The notes under the pieces were generated by a model. It did no database searches. It was not told the DNA's origin and saw nothing but the letters and a program-made list of their open reading frames with translations. The position numbers and the translations under genes are program-made. A stretch of 64,000 bases of DNA from an uncultured Gemmatimonadota bacterium (GTDB lineage Bacteria > SM23-81 > DAOVCL01). This document shows positions 20,781-31,206 of the stretch, one piece after another (positions within the stretch are counted from its first letter, which is position 1; every line of letters starts with the position of its first letter). The stretch is taken from NCBI GenBank assembly GCA_964626665.1, contig CAZVGK010000004.1, positions 1 through 64,000 on the forward strand, in the 5' to 3' direction.

Positions 20781-22190
20781 TCAACCCTTCAAGGTTCTCA
20801 ACTTCTCCATCACCTGAGATACAATGCGACTTATCGGCACAGGATCTGTGGCATAGGCAACAATCCTATCCTCTTCATCGTAAACGGGGAAGCTGCTCTC
20901 TTTAGCCGTCTCTGGCTGCTGAGGCTTTGCCTGTTGGGTCCCTTTCTTGCCCTCTCCCGGCTCCCTCACCTCAAACCCCTGGCCATCTCTGAGGGTGGCA
21001 AAGATGTAGCCCACCATCTTGCGCATACAAGCCCCTATGGCCACCTTATGGAGTTTGCCCCGCTCCCTGAGGCTTTTGTAATAAGCTCCCAACACCGGGT
21101 TTGGTGGTTTACCATTTCTCTTGGGCAAGGCAGCGGCGGAGGCAATGATGTATAAAGCTAAACGCAGGTAGGGAGAGCCTCTCTTGGACATACGCACTCT
21201 GGCTGCCTTATACTTGCCGCTCTGGGAGACCTTGGGATCAATCCCGGCAAAGGCCACAATCTCCCCGGCTGACTTGAACCATTGGAACTCACCCAGTTCA
21301 CCTAAGATGGTAGCCGCTGTTATCGGGCCAGTCCCAGGGATAGTAAGGAGGAGCTCATACTCAGGATCATCCTTGACCAATGCCTTGATCTCTGCAAGCA
21401 GAGCATCTGCTTCTGCCTTCAGGGTGGCAATTGCCCGGGCATAGGATTGTAACCTGCGGATAGCGGTTCTTTCCTCTGCAGGCAGAGTTGGTGAAGCAGA
21501 GGCAAGGGATTTCAAGGTATCCGCCTTCTTCTCTGCCCAGGCAAGGGATTTGTGGGCCAACTTCTTGATCTTCAGGGCCAGGACCTCCCTTTTCTCTTGC
21601 AGGATGCGCTCAGGGGTGGGATACTCAAGGAAGATACCCAGGGCTGTGGGGCCGAATGATTTGCTGAAGGCCTTTTCGTAGAGGAGGAATATCTGATCTC
21701 GCAGGGCGGTGAACCTCCGTTTCCAGTCCGCTGCCTGGTTGATAAAGTTCCATTAATCTCGGCAGAGCTCCTTGAGCTGAATGCGTTCCTGGGTAGGGAC
21801 CTTGGCTGGGGTGAGTATTCCCATGCGGTAGAGGAGGGCTATCCCCTTGGCGCTGATCTTGTCGGTTGTGGCCCTGCGAATCTTGGGGGCATTGGTGAAA
21901 GCCCTCGTTTGGATGGGGTTAACCAGGACCACCTGGAACCCGGCATTGTAGAAGAGGTAGAATACGATCCTGAAGTAGTGGCCCGTGGCCTCCATAACGA
22001 TAATGGGCTTAGCTCCCAAGGATTTCCCTGTCTTCTGAATCTTATGGAGGGCATCCAACATAGCCTTATGGGTATGTTCCATGCGCCAAGGCTCTCCATA
22101 GGGCTGGTTGAAGGAGTCAACCGTTTGGATCTCTGAGAAGCCCTTGGCGATGTCAATACCTGTAACAGGTAGCAGCGATCTGTCAGCCAT
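20781..22190 (-). pseudogene. IS110 DEDD recombinase/transposase interrupted by one in-frame TAA (21753-21755)
   Basis: GIDIAK, MEATGHY, TDKISA, IPGTG, AGIDPKVSQSGK, SKRGSPYLR; both ORF halves are in one frame and the intervening sequence is open. Confidence 0.9.
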
Positions 22191-22199
22191 AAAGCCTCC

Positions 22200-22445
22200 T
22201 TTTGAATGGTTGGTTTGCAGGGGATGGCCCCATCTTTTCTGTGGGGAGAGGATAACCTGGTTCGTTATCCGAGGACAAAGCCTCTACCAGCTCATTCATT
22301 GACCTCTCGCCGGGATGGGGTAGCAGTCTACTTCACGAGAAATCCGCCTAAGCGATTCTCCAAGGGGCTCCAGTCAAAACCCCATCCCCTGCGAGAGGTA
22401 ATTATGCATCGGAAAACCAAAAAGCAAACACATTTTTAAAAACAA
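22200..22445 (-). ncRNA. Predicted IS110 bridge RNA
   Basis: Stem ACCTCTCGC/GCGAGAGGT + GGGATGGGG/CCCCATCCC encloses GGAGCCCCT, identical to the target flank; second loop has AGCTGGT and ACCAG matching the donor junction; boundaries approximate. Confidence 0.75.
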
Positions 22446-22829
22446 CCTAATTATACCAGGGGCTCCGATAAATCGGAGCCCACAAGGTTCGGGTCGCATA
22501 AATGCGACCCCTACGCTTCTCCCCCCGCTAAAGCGGGGGTAAGAGGGCTTTTTAGCCCTCAATGAGTCAATCCGCACTAAAGTGCGGTAGAAATTGGCTA
22601 ATCAAACCCAACTAAAAAACTTTGCTAAAAAAACAAGAGCTTGCAGAATTGTAGTACAGATTGAAATCAAAGCCACAGATTCCACGGATTGAAATGATAG
22701 ATGAAACTGTTTTAGTAGGGAGTGGATCATAGCTCGTCACCCGAAGCAAAGATGGTGGCAGAACCGGGGTTCTGCCACCTCGTTTTTAAGAGGACATAAT
22801 GGGGGTGAGACCCTGCGCAGGAGAGGAGA

Positions 22830-24557
22830 TTGAAGGTGAAGTTAGCCCGACATGCCGGTTTCTGCTGGGGGGTGAGAAGGGCAGTAAATATGGTGCTGGA
22901 GGCAGCCCATCGGAGGGAACCTAATCTCTTTACCTATGGGCCGCTTATCCACAACCCCCAGGTTATTGGCCTGCTGCAAGACCTAGGGGTGGGGATCATC
23001 ACCCATCCCTCAGCGATCACCCCTCAGACAAACCTGTTTATCAGATCCCATGGAATATCCCCCCAGGAGAGGGAGGAAATCAAGGCCAAAGGGGCAAGAA
23101 TCCACGATGCCACTTGCCCCCTGGTGGAGGTTGTCCAGAGAACGATCGCCAAATTTGCCCGGGACGGATATGGGACAATCATCGTGGGCGATGCCGGCCA
23201 TCCCGAGGTCTCCGCCCTGTTGCAGTATGCCCAGGGAAAGGGGATAGCCATCTCCGGAAGGGAAGAGGTGGCCAAACTCCCCCCCTGGGAAAAGGTATGC
23301 GTGGTGGCTCAGACAACTCAGGACAGGGATATATTCAGGGAGCTGGTCAACCTCATCAAGCCAAGATACCCGACCTGTGAGGTCTTCGATACCATCTGTC
23401 CGGCAACCCTCAGAAGACAGGAAGGGGTGCGGCAGCTTGCCCCCCAGGTCGATGCATTGGTGGTTGTCGGGGGAAGAAACAGCGCCAACACAGCCCGCTT
23501 AGCGCAGATCTCCCGCTTCTTAGGGAAACCCACCCTTCAGGTGGAGACCGAGGAGGAAATCAGAGAGAAGGATCTACAGGGGATAAAGTCCATCGGCATC
23601 ACTGCTGGGGCCTCTACCCCCAACTGGATGATCCAAAGGGTGGTGGAGAGGATCGAAAACCTGGATAGGGGAAGGGGGTTGCGGGGCCTTTTCTTTCGCG
23701 GGATAAGGTTTCTCATTCGCAGCAACCTCTACTTGGCCTTTGGTGTAGCCTGTTTCAGCTACGCAGTAAGCCACCTGCAGGGGATAGAACCCCGGCTGGC
23801 CTTCCTCCTGGTAACTGCGGGTTATGTCTTCTCTATGCACCTTTTCAACCACTATACGGACCCTTCTCCGGCAAGCTTCAATGAGCCTTATAGGGTCTCC
23901 TTCTACCGTCATCATAAGGCCATCCTCTTAGGCCTGGCTTCCCTCTCTCTGGCCGGGACCTTAGCTTTGTCCCTATATTTGGGCCTCCTCCCCTTTCTTC
24001 TCCTGGTCTTCATCTCCCTGATGGGAACGGTCTATCGGCTAAAGGTCATCCCCGCAGGTTGGTCCATCATCCATTATAGGAGGCTGGTAGAGATCCCCGG
24101 CTCTAAGGACATCTTCCTGGCCTTGGCCTGGTCCTCGGTCATCGTGTTTCTGCAGGATCTAAGCAGAGCAGATAGCCTCTCCCCCGCCTTTGGGGTGGCC
24201 TTGGCCTTCACCTTCATCCTCTCCCTGGTGAGATCCACCCTCTTCAGCCTCAAGGATATCCAGGGGGACAGGATCGTGGGGAGGGAGACTCTGCCCATAA
24301 TTTGGGGGAAGAAGAGGACAAAGTTGTTTCTCATAGCTGTTTTGGCCTGTCTCACCCTACTTCTTCCCCTTTCCTGGATCTGGAAGTGGACACCCAGCCT
24401 CAGCCTCTGGCTCCTTCTCCCAGTAGCCTACGCTTACCTTTACCTCTACCTCTATCATCGTAGGTTCATATTCCAGGGCATCCTCTCCGAGGCCGTTGTG
24501 GACACTGGCTTCATCCTCTCCGGGGCCACAGCTTACCTTTGGTCCCTTGTGCATTAA
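22830..24557 (+). CDS. ispH: 4-hydroxy-3-methylbut-2-enyl diphosphate reductase fused to a C-terminal UbiA-like membrane domain
   Basis: AGFCWGVRRA, LIHN, DATCPLV, QTT, TICPAT, SANT, AGASTP; about 290-aa multi-TM tail with KDIQGDRIVGRETLP. Confidence 0.9.
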   Translation: MKVKLARHAGFCWGVRRAVNMVLEAAHRREPNLFTYGPLIHNPQVIGLLQDLGVGIITHPSAITPQTNLFIRSHGISPQEREEIKAKGARIHDATCPLVEVVQRTIAKFARDGYGTIIVGDAGHPEVSALLQYAQGKGIAISGREEVAKLPPWEKVCVVAQTTQDRDIFRELVNLIKPRYPTCEVFDTICPATLRRQEGVRQLAPQVDALVVVGGRNSANTARLAQISRFLGKPTLQVETEEEIREKDLQGIKSIGITAGASTPNWMIQRVVERIENLDRGRGLRGLFFRGIRFLIRSNLYLAFGVACFSYAVSHLQGIEPRLAFLLVTAGYVFSMHLFNHYTDPSPASFNEPYRVSFYRHHKAILLGLASLSLAGTLALSLYLGLLPFLLLVFISLMGTVYRLKVIPAGWSIIHYRRLVEIPGSKDIFLALAWSSVIVFLQDLSRADSLSPAFGVALAFTFILSLVRSTLFSLKDIQGDRIVGRETLPIIWGKKRTKLFLIAVLACLTLLLPLSWIWKWTPSLSLWLLLPVAYAYLYLYLYHRRFIFQGILSEAVVDTGFILSGATAYLWSLVH

Positions 24558-24901
24558 TTGGCTTCATCAGGCAACCTCCAAATCTCGAATTTTTGATGAT
24601 TAGACCGAATTATTCAGGGCACTTCTCAAATCGCTAAAGGTCTTTTTCGTAGGGACAGGTCTTTAGACCTGTCCGAAGGATGCGGACAGACATAAATGTC
24701 TGTCCCTAAAAAAAAATAGGAAGTGTCCCTATTTTTCTATTTTACTTGTCGAAAAAATTAACAGCAAAACTCCTTGCCCGCTATGAGATTGCCTGAAGGA
24801 GGGTGGAAAATTGTCGGCAAATGCTACAAAAAATGGGGGTCACTTAACCCAAACAACCTATAATTGTTTGCAAAATAAGGGGTTAAATAGAAGATGAAGG
24901 T

Positions 24902-24916
24902 TGGCCTTAAGTTTGC
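24902..24916 (+). promoter_or_regulatory. Putative sigma-54 promoter
   Basis: TGGCCT-TAAGT-TTGC; upstream TTGT-N11-ACAA-type palindrome near 24811 could be an activator site. Confidence 0.55.
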
Positions 24917-24932
24917 AATTTATCCCTTTGAA

Positions 24933-25226
24933 ATGAAACTGTTGAAGATACTTTTGTTTTTCCTCTTTATCCTTAACTTAGCCGATGGGTTCCTCCTCCT
25001 TTGGGGAAAGTCCACTGGGCTCTTTCAAGAGGCCAACCCCCTGATGAGATGGTGTTTAGAAAGGGGGGTAGGGATATTTCTTTCGGTAAAGATATCCCTC
25101 TGTCTGGCTTACATAGCGGTGAGCTTGGCCGCGAAGAAGCCTCAATATATGAACCCGGTAACCTCCTTCCTGGTGGCCATTTACTCAATGATAGTGCTCC
25201 ATTCCTTGCAACTACTTACCCTCTAA
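24933..25226 (+). CDS. Small membrane protein (DUF5658-like)
   Basis: LNLADG..T..G...EANPLM...K pattern with three hydrophobic helices. Confidence 0.6.
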   Translation: MKLLKILLFFLFILNLADGFLLLWGKSTGLFQEANPLMRWCLERGVGIFLSVKISLCLAYIAVSLAAKKPQYMNPVTSFLVAIYSMIVLHSLQLLTL

Positions 25227-26243
25227 GGTACATCCCCTCAGTTTAGAAGCCGCCTCTTCAGGCAAGACAGGATTTATATGAAAACCTGTGCTCCATTCAA
25301 AGCCGGCAACCTTACCCAACCGGGGCAAGATCTCCAAGTGCCAATGAAAATCCTTACACAGGGTCTTCCAGTGACCCCTCCCGGGGATACGGTTGGGTCC
25401 GGTGTAAAGGAACCAGTGGTAGGAGGGATCATTCAGGCAGGAAAACAATCGGCCAAAAAATTCCTTTAGGATTTGGGCCAGGGAAGCTATCTCCTCCTTG
25501 GGCATCCCCTCAAAGTCACACTGATGGCGCTTGGGCAGGATCCAGGTTTCATAAGGGAACCTGGAGGCAAAGGGACAAAAGGCCAAAAAGTCATGGTTCT
25601 CGTAGACAACCCTCTTCCCGGACAACTTCTCCTGCTTGATTATGTCACAGAAGATACATCTCTCCTTATAGGCGAAATACTTCTTGGCGCCCACCAGCTC
25701 CTCCTTTACCGCTTTAGGCGTAACTGGCATAGCGATAAGCTGCGAGTGGGTATGATCTATCTTAAAGGCCCCGGCATCTTTCCCATAGTTTTTAAAGATC
25801 AATAGATACCTAAACCTTTTATCCTTTTTCAAATCTGAGATCCTCTGAATGTAGGTCTGCAAGACCAGTTCTATCTGATCGGCATTTAAGAGATGCCAGC
25901 CCTTTAGATGTTGCGGTGTCTCGATGATGATTTCGTGTGCCCCTATCCCTCTCATCAGATCATATATCCCCTCTCCCCTTTTCCCCAATCCACCTTCTAT
26001 CCCAAAAATGGGCGAAATACTTGGTACCACCCGTACCTTCCATCCAGGACCATCCCGAGAACTGGCCTCTTCCCTTATGGCAAAGACCTCAGGGAAAGTG
26101 GCCTCCTCGTGCCCCTCACAGAAGGGGCAAACACCTTTCCCATAATCCAAACCATTTTGGATTAATTTGGACCTCTCCTCCCCACCCTTTTCTATGTTTA
26201 CCACCCACCTCCCCGCAATCGGGTCCCTCCTCAGAATGGACAA
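25212..26243 (-). CDS. galT: Galactose-1-phosphate uridylyltransferase
   Basis: LRRDPI, CPFCEGHE, HEIIIETPQH, HTHSQ (HxH), CIFCD, HWHLEI. Confidence 0.88.
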   Translation of the reverse strand: MSILRRDPIAGRWVVNIEKGGEERSKLIQNGLDYGKGVCPFCEGHEEATFPEVFAIREEASSRDGPGWKVRVVPSISPIFGIEGGLGKRGEGIYDLMRGIGAHEIIIETPQHLKGWHLLNADQIELVLQTYIQRISDLKKDKRFRYLLIFKNYGKDAGAFKIDHTHSQLIAMPVTPKAVKEELVGAKKYFAYKERCIFCDIIKQEKLSGKRVVYENHDFLAFCPFASRFPYETWILPKRHQCDFEGMPKEEIASLAQILKEFFGRLFSCLNDPSYHWFLYTGPNRIPGRGHWKTLCKDFHWHLEILPRLGKVAGFEWSTGFHINPVLPEEAASKLRGCTLEGK

Positions 26244-26397
26244 AATCCCCCTTTCTCAACGGTTTATGGAAGACAGGGAACAGCCTACAGAGTTCAGGGT
26301 CAGCTTAGGGGGATCAGGAAAGGCCCCTACCCCCAACCGAGAACTGGCGCATGCCTCCCTGCTGATCCTTGGTCAGTGAGTTGTCATCCCCCTCTCA

Positions 26398-26745
26398 TTA
26401 GGCCAGATCCAGATCAACCGGGGTCCCTAAGGCCTCCTCTAACTTTAAGATAAAGATTCGTCCCACCCCAGGGGTTAAGAAGTCAATATCCACATCCTGC
26501 AACATCTTCATGATCTCGGAGCCAATCTCCTTCCTCTCCACCTGAGCTATGATGGTCTTGGAGTAGGACTTGCTACCTGACATTTGAAAGCTAAGGCCGG
26601 CAAAGATGGGCACCTCATAGGCCAGCGCTTTCCCCATAGCCTGCGAATCTATGATGGCGGCATCCGTTATCCCCAACTCCACCAAGACGGAGAGGAGATC
26701 ATCCAAGAACTTCTCCTGGTTGAGCACGATAATTAGGAGCCACAT
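26398..26745 (-). CDS. P-II-like (GlnB-fold) hypothetical protein
   Basis: LGITDAAIIDSQAMG...IFAGL, PGVGRIF; directly follows PTS IIA. Confidence 0.55.
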   Translation of the reverse strand: MWLLIIVLNQEKFLDDLLSVLVELGITDAAIIDSQAMGKALAYEVPIFAGLSFQMSGSKSYSKTIIAQVERKEIGSEIMKMLQDVDIDFLTPGVGRIFILKLEEALGTPVDLDLA

Positions 26746-26758
26746 AACCTCTTTCCTT

Positions 26759-27268
26759 TCAAGACCTGTGGATTACCCTACCCTCTTTGGTCTTCACCTC
26801 CACCTCGCTGGGGTAGCGGGAATCGAACTCCTCTACCACCTTGAGCACATCTTCCACCGATTGAGCCTGGAGAAGCCCCTGTTTAAGGACCTTGATCTTC
26901 AGCAACCGGACGATCCTGGCCACTGTCTGCAGATATTCCTTCTTGGCATCGAGGGGAGCTGCTATCATAAAAATAAGGTGCACGGGCTTCCCATCTAAGG
27001 AGTTAAACTCCACTCCTTCCTTTGATCCCCCAAAGCCCACTGCCAACCTCTTCACCGTCTCCGACCTCCCGTGAGGGATGGCTATTCCCTCCCCAATGGC
27101 TGTGCTTTCAATCCCCTCCCTAACCTTGATGGTCTCTTCAAATTTTTCCACCTCCTCTACCACTTTGGCCTGGCCAAAGAGGTGGCAGAGCTCACCGATT
27201 ATTCCCTCCTTCTCCTTGTTGGTTAACTGAGGGATGACCAAATCCTTGGTAATTAGTTCTTTCAACAT
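26759..27268 (-). CDS. PTS IIA domain protein (Ntr/fructose type)
   Basis: REGIESTAIGEGIAIPHGR phospho-His motif, DGKPVHLIF. Confidence 0.9.
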   Translation of the reverse strand: MLKELITKDLVIPQLTNKEKEGIIGELCHLFGQAKVVEEVEKFEETIKVREGIESTAIGEGIAIPHGRSETVKRLAVGFGGSKEGVEFNSLDGKPVHLIFMIAAPLDAKKEYLQTVARIVRLLKIKVLKQGLLQAQSVEDVLKVVEEFDSRYPSEVEVKTKEGRVIHRS

Positions 27269-27615
27269 TTACCCCTCCTTTGCAAATTGGTAAACAAGCT
27301 TTGACTGCATCGTAAAAAGGTTGAAAATTAGAGAGGCGCAACCTTTAGGTTGCGTAAATAGTTGTGCCATCTGGATTTTCCTCGCAGGCTAAAGCCTGCG
27401 GCTACTCCCCTCCCTTTGCTGGGGGAGGACTAAAGAGAGGGTAAGAATTATCTCCGATTTCCCCCTCAGGGGAGGGAACTATCAGGAATTTATGCTATTT
27501 ATTGACCCTCCCTTGGGAGGCCATCGGATCGTTCCGTCCCTAAAATTGAAGGGGGCATGCTCCCTTCAATCTATCCCAAAGGCTCGGAATACCTAAGAAA
27601 TTCCGAACCATCAGG

Positions 27616-28011
27616 TTATCCTTCCCTAAGGTAGTCCTCCAAGATTTTCCTGTGATCAAAGGCTATCTCCAAAGGCAGGCTGTCCCGGGGGAAAATGCCT
27701 ACCCTGCGGGCATCATCTGCGGCCTGGGGCTTCCCCTGAGCTCGCCCAATATAGACGGTGGTTATGGTGTGTTGCCGAGGGTCTCGCTGGGGGTCGGAGT
27801 AGGTGTGAAACTGCCGCAAGAGCTCCACTTGCAGACCTGTCTCTTCCTCAGCTTCCCGCACCGCGGCCTCCTCCAAGCTCTCCCCATAGTTGACGAAACC
27901 TCCGGGAAAGGCCCAGCCAAAAGGGGGATTTTCCCTCTCCACCAGCACTATACCCCTCTCCTCCAACTCTATGATTACATCAACAGTAGGAATCGGATTC
28001 CTATAGCCCAT
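27616..28011 (-). CDS. NUDIX hydrolase
   Basis: [24 protein letters not shown] Nudix box; RDPR, AFDH. Confidence 0.92.
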   Translation of the reverse strand: MGYRNPIPTVDVIIELEERGIVLVERENPPFGWAFPGGFVNYGESLEEAAVREAEEETGLQVELLRQFHTYSDPQRDPRQHTITTVYIGRAQGKPQAADDARRVGIFPRDSLPLEIAFDHRKILEDYLREG

Positions 28012-28418
28012 CAGAAGGGAAGGTCCTCCTCTTCCACATTTTCCATCTGGGGAGGCTCTCCCTTTATCTCCCCCTCATAGGTTTCCCCCTTCCTGCCCAA
28101 AAGCTGCATCCTGTAAGCAACAATCTCCGTTGTATATCTCTTATTCCCATTCTTATCATCCCAGGAACGGGTCTGAATCCTTCCTTCAATGTAGACCGGA
28201 CTCCCCTTCTTCAGGTATTCCCCACTGATCTCTGCCTGTCTCCCCCAAACAACTATGCGATGCCATTCCGTCCTCTCCTGCAAATTTCCCTCCTTATCCT
28301 TCCACTTGGAGGTGGTAGCCAGAGGAAAATTGGCCACAGGTTGCCCAGAGGGGGTATACCTCAATTCGGGATCCCTACCCAAGTTGCCAATCAAAATTGC
28401 CTTGTTTACGCTGGCCAT
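28011..28418 (-). CDS. ssb: Single-stranded DNA-binding protein
   Basis: [26 protein letters not shown], acidic tail DLPF. Confidence 0.97.
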   Translation of the reverse strand: MASVNKAILIGNLGRDPELRYTPSGQPVANFPLATTSKWKDKEGNLQERTEWHRIVVWGRQAEISGEYLKKGSPVYIEGRIQTRSWDDKNGNKRYTTEIVAYRMQLLGRKGETYEGEIKGEPPQMENVEEEDLPF

Positions 28419-28429
28419 AGAACCTCCTC

Positions 28430-28822
28430 TTATTTGATGACAAAATAGGCGGAGGTCAGGGTATCACCCTCCGCGGAGAGAACATCCACCCTCCACCATC
28501 CTTTCCATTGGGGAAGGATTACCTTAGAGCTCCAGGTCCTCCAGTGGGGCGACATCACCGCAAGATCTACCTCAGCCATCTCCTCTTGACCATAATACCA
28601 GATATGGGTAACCGTGGTGGAATCCTCTGCCCCTTCGACTAGGTTATGGCAGTAGAGCTTGCCTACCTCGGAAGGAAAACTCTCCCCCCCTCCCACTGGC
28701 TCCCTCCCCTGAATATCCTTACATATTGAGGCGGTGACCTGCAACCCTTTTTGCGAACCAGCCAGGGCTGAAACCGCCAAAATGCTTAGGCCAATCAAAA
28801 CGAAGGTTACCGATTTGGTCAT
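28430..28822 (-). CDS. Secreted DUF2914-like protein
   Basis: Signal peptide; [19 protein letters not shown]. Confidence 0.7.
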   Translation of the reverse strand: MTKSVTFVLIGLSILAVSALAGSQKGLQVTASICKDIQGREPVGGGESFPSEVGKLYCHNLVEGAEDSTTVTHIWYYGQEEMAEVDLAVMSPHWRTWSSKVILPQWKGWWRVDVLSAEGDTLTSAYFVIK

Positions 28823-31119
28823 TTTACCCCCTTGGTTGCCCTATCAATCATAGCGAGGGCCCCCCTGGCTGCCTTAAGGAGCAGCTCATCCCCGGTCTGG
28901 GAGATAAAATCCTCAATCTTGGAAGCAGCCCGCGAGTCCCCAATCTTCCCCAAAGCCCTAAAGAGGGTAAGGAGAATCTCCTCCTTCCCCTCCCCTAAGA
29001 TCTTCTTCCAACGAGATCTCCTCTCCTCCAACAGGTGCAAAAGGAAATCTGTGGCCTGAGAGTCCCTTATGTTTCCCAAGGTCGAGATAATCAGGAGCTT
29101 CTCAGCCTTCCTTTGATCGGGATAGACCTCGATCAGGGGGTTAAGAGCATCTTTAGCCCCCATTGTGCCCAAGGCCACAATTCCCGCCTTCCGCACCTCA
29201 TCCTGGGGATCGGCAATCGCGCGAATAAGAAAGGGAACCGCCCGCTGGCTGCCTATCTTCTCCATAGCCCTAACCACCTCCAACCTCACCCGATAATCGG
29301 AATCCTCCAACCAGCTCTTCAGAAGGGGTAGGGAGATCTCCTGGCCTATTTCCCCTAAAAGGTAGCTGCCATTCCGCACCACCCACCAGTTCTCATCCAT
29401 TAGGTTCCCCTCCGGTCCCCGGGAAAACTCCTGCTGCAACAGCTTGGACAGAGGTCCCAAGGAGTTCTCCCCAATTTGGGTAAGGACGTGTAGGGAAACC
29501 TGCCTTACCCCCCTATCGGGATGGGTGAAGACCTTTAGCAACCCCTCGGCCACATCCTTAGTGCCCAGGTCGGTGAGGATGTTGGCTACATCCCTTCTGC
29601 TCTCCCCTTCCACGATCCTTTCTACCAACTGGGAGACAACCTCCTTGGTTCCTATGCTCCGCAGAACCCGGGCAGCAGTTAGCCTATGCTCCAAGGGGAA
29701 ACCAGCCTGGGGTTCAGTAAGCTGGCCTAAAAGGTGAATAATGGTGGAGGCGGAGCTGTATCTGCCCTTCCCTATGAGGCCGAGGACTTGCTCCTTAAGA
29801 AGGGTGGAGATGATCTGAAAGACCCCCTCATCTGGCTCTTTACCTCCCCTCTCAGCCAAGACCTCCAAGTTCTGATCTAAAAGCTCAACTTGACCTGCAT
29901 CTAAAAGGATATTAAGCAATTTGCTGAATTTCTGGACGAGCTGTCCCCTCTCCTGGGGAGACCCCTCCCCTAATGTAGCCGCAAATTTGCGCAACATCTC
30001 CCCCACCTTCACCTCCTCACTAATGGAGAGAAGCCCATGGATAACCCCAAACACCTCCTCCGCATTGGTCAAAAGGGGGTTCTCCCTTTTCAATATCTCC
30101 TTCGCCCGTTGGAGGATAGACTCCTTACTCCTCTGCTCCTCCCCTCTAATCCAGGCCCAGTTCTCTTGCGATACCCCAAACTGGGAAAGCTGCTCCTCTA
30201 AGAGGGGGAATATCCTCTTTCTCTCTCCCTCCTGAAACAGCTTCCCCACCAAATCCTTAGCCCTGTTCAGGGAAGTCCCTTCCCCAGTAAGTTCCTTACT
30301 AACTAAATCTATCCTCACCTCATCCAGAATCTCCTTGACCAACTCACCGGTGCGATCCTCTGTCTCGGCCTCTCCCCCCTCCCCTTTTTGTGGCCAATCC
30401 TCCAATTGCGAATTCAGGGAGAGGATTAGCTGAGCCATATGCCTTTTAACCTTACGCTGATCTGGATAAATCTCCAGGAGGGCAGCAGCGATGTGGTGGA
30501 GGTAGTCCCCAATCAATTGATCTTTGAGTTGCGGCGGTTTATCCGCAACTATATTCCCAATCTTTTCCCCCAAGAGGGAGGGATCCGTTTCTAAAAGTTC
30601 CAGCAGCTCCCTCTGGAGCCATTCGCCGGAAATCTTCCCCGGCGGAGGGGAAACCTGACCAGCCCCATTCACCCCGACCTCCTCAACCTTAATATGTTGG
30701 ACCCCATTCTCCCTTAAGAAGGCAACCATTCCTCCCTTGCTGTGCAGGAGATCAGGTTTCAGGCTCAGGGCCTCGAGAAACCCCCACAGCTCCTCCTTCC
30801 TCAGTCCCTGCAAAAGGGTTACCCCCTCTATTTTCCTGTCCTCCATATCCAGAAGGAGCTTATCGAAAGCTGGAACTCCCTTCTCCAAAGGAAAATCCCC
30901 TACCAATAACCTCTCTCCTTTTATGGCCAGGGTCAGTTCCCCCCTCTGAGCCATAAATTCGGCCAGGAGATCCCAGGGAGCATCAATCGCTTTCTCCACT
31001 GCCGGGTGTCCCGGAGGGTACATCCCCAGCCTCTTTATCGCCCCACCCAAAAGCCTGGCCAGACCCCTTGCCTGTTGGGGGAGGTTGTTGTCCACAGCTT
31101 CACTCATCACTTTTGCCAT
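28819..31119 (-). CDS. HEAT-repeat protein
   Basis: N-terminal MYPPGHP domain; C-terminal HEAT/PBS repeats (WWVVRN, DYRVRLEVV, DEVRKA). Confidence 0.8.
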   Translation of the reverse strand: MAKVMSEAVDNNLPQQARGLARLLGGAIKRLGMYPPGHPAVEKAIDAPWDLLAEFMAQRGELTLAIKGERLLVGDFPLEKGVPAFDKLLLDMEDRKIEGVTLLQGLRKEELWGFLEALSLKPDLLHSKGGMVAFLRENGVQHIKVEEVGVNGAGQVSPPPGKISGEWLQRELLELLETDPSLLGEKIGNIVADKPPQLKDQLIGDYLHHIAAALLEIYPDQRKVKRHMAQLILSLNSQLEDWPQKGEGGEAETEDRTGELVKEILDEVRIDLVSKELTGEGTSLNRAKDLVGKLFQEGERKRIFPLLEEQLSQFGVSQENWAWIRGEEQRSKESILQRAKEILKRENPLLTNAEEVFGVIHGLLSISEEVKVGEMLRKFAATLGEGSPQERGQLVQKFSKLLNILLDAGQVELLDQNLEVLAERGGKEPDEGVFQIISTLLKEQVLGLIGKGRYSSASTIIHLLGQLTEPQAGFPLEHRLTAARVLRSIGTKEVVSQLVERIVEGESRRDVANILTDLGTKDVAEGLLKVFTHPDRGVRQVSLHVLTQIGENSLGPLSKLLQQEFSRGPEGNLMDENWWVVRNGSYLLGEIGQEISLPLLKSWLEDSDYRVRLEVVRAMEKIGSQRAVPFLIRAIADPQDEVRKAGIVALGTMGAKDALNPLIEVYPDQRKAEKLLIISTLGNIRDSQATDFLLHLLEERRSRWKKILGEGKEEILLTLFRALGKIGDSRAASKIEDFISQTGDELLLKAARGALAMIDRATKGVK

Positions 31120-31177
31120 TAAGGATAAGTCCCACTCCCCTAAAAGTCAACCAAAAAATAGTCAGGTTGAATTCCCC

Positions 31178-31206
31178 TTGCTATGGGTCGTTTTTTTTGT
31201 TATAAT
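31178..31206 (+). promoter_or_regulatory. Sigma-70-type promoter upstream of nadE
   Basis: TTGCTA-N17-TATAAT. Confidence 0.5.

Larger units (their letters stand above)
20663..22459 (-). mobile_element. IS110-family insertion sequence (full extent including both CT core copies)
   Basis: Transposase plus long 5' non-coding end; right end ...TTGCCAAATCATAGCTGGTCT, left end CTGGTATAAT; removing the element restores a GTAG-type palindrome. Confidence 0.85.
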
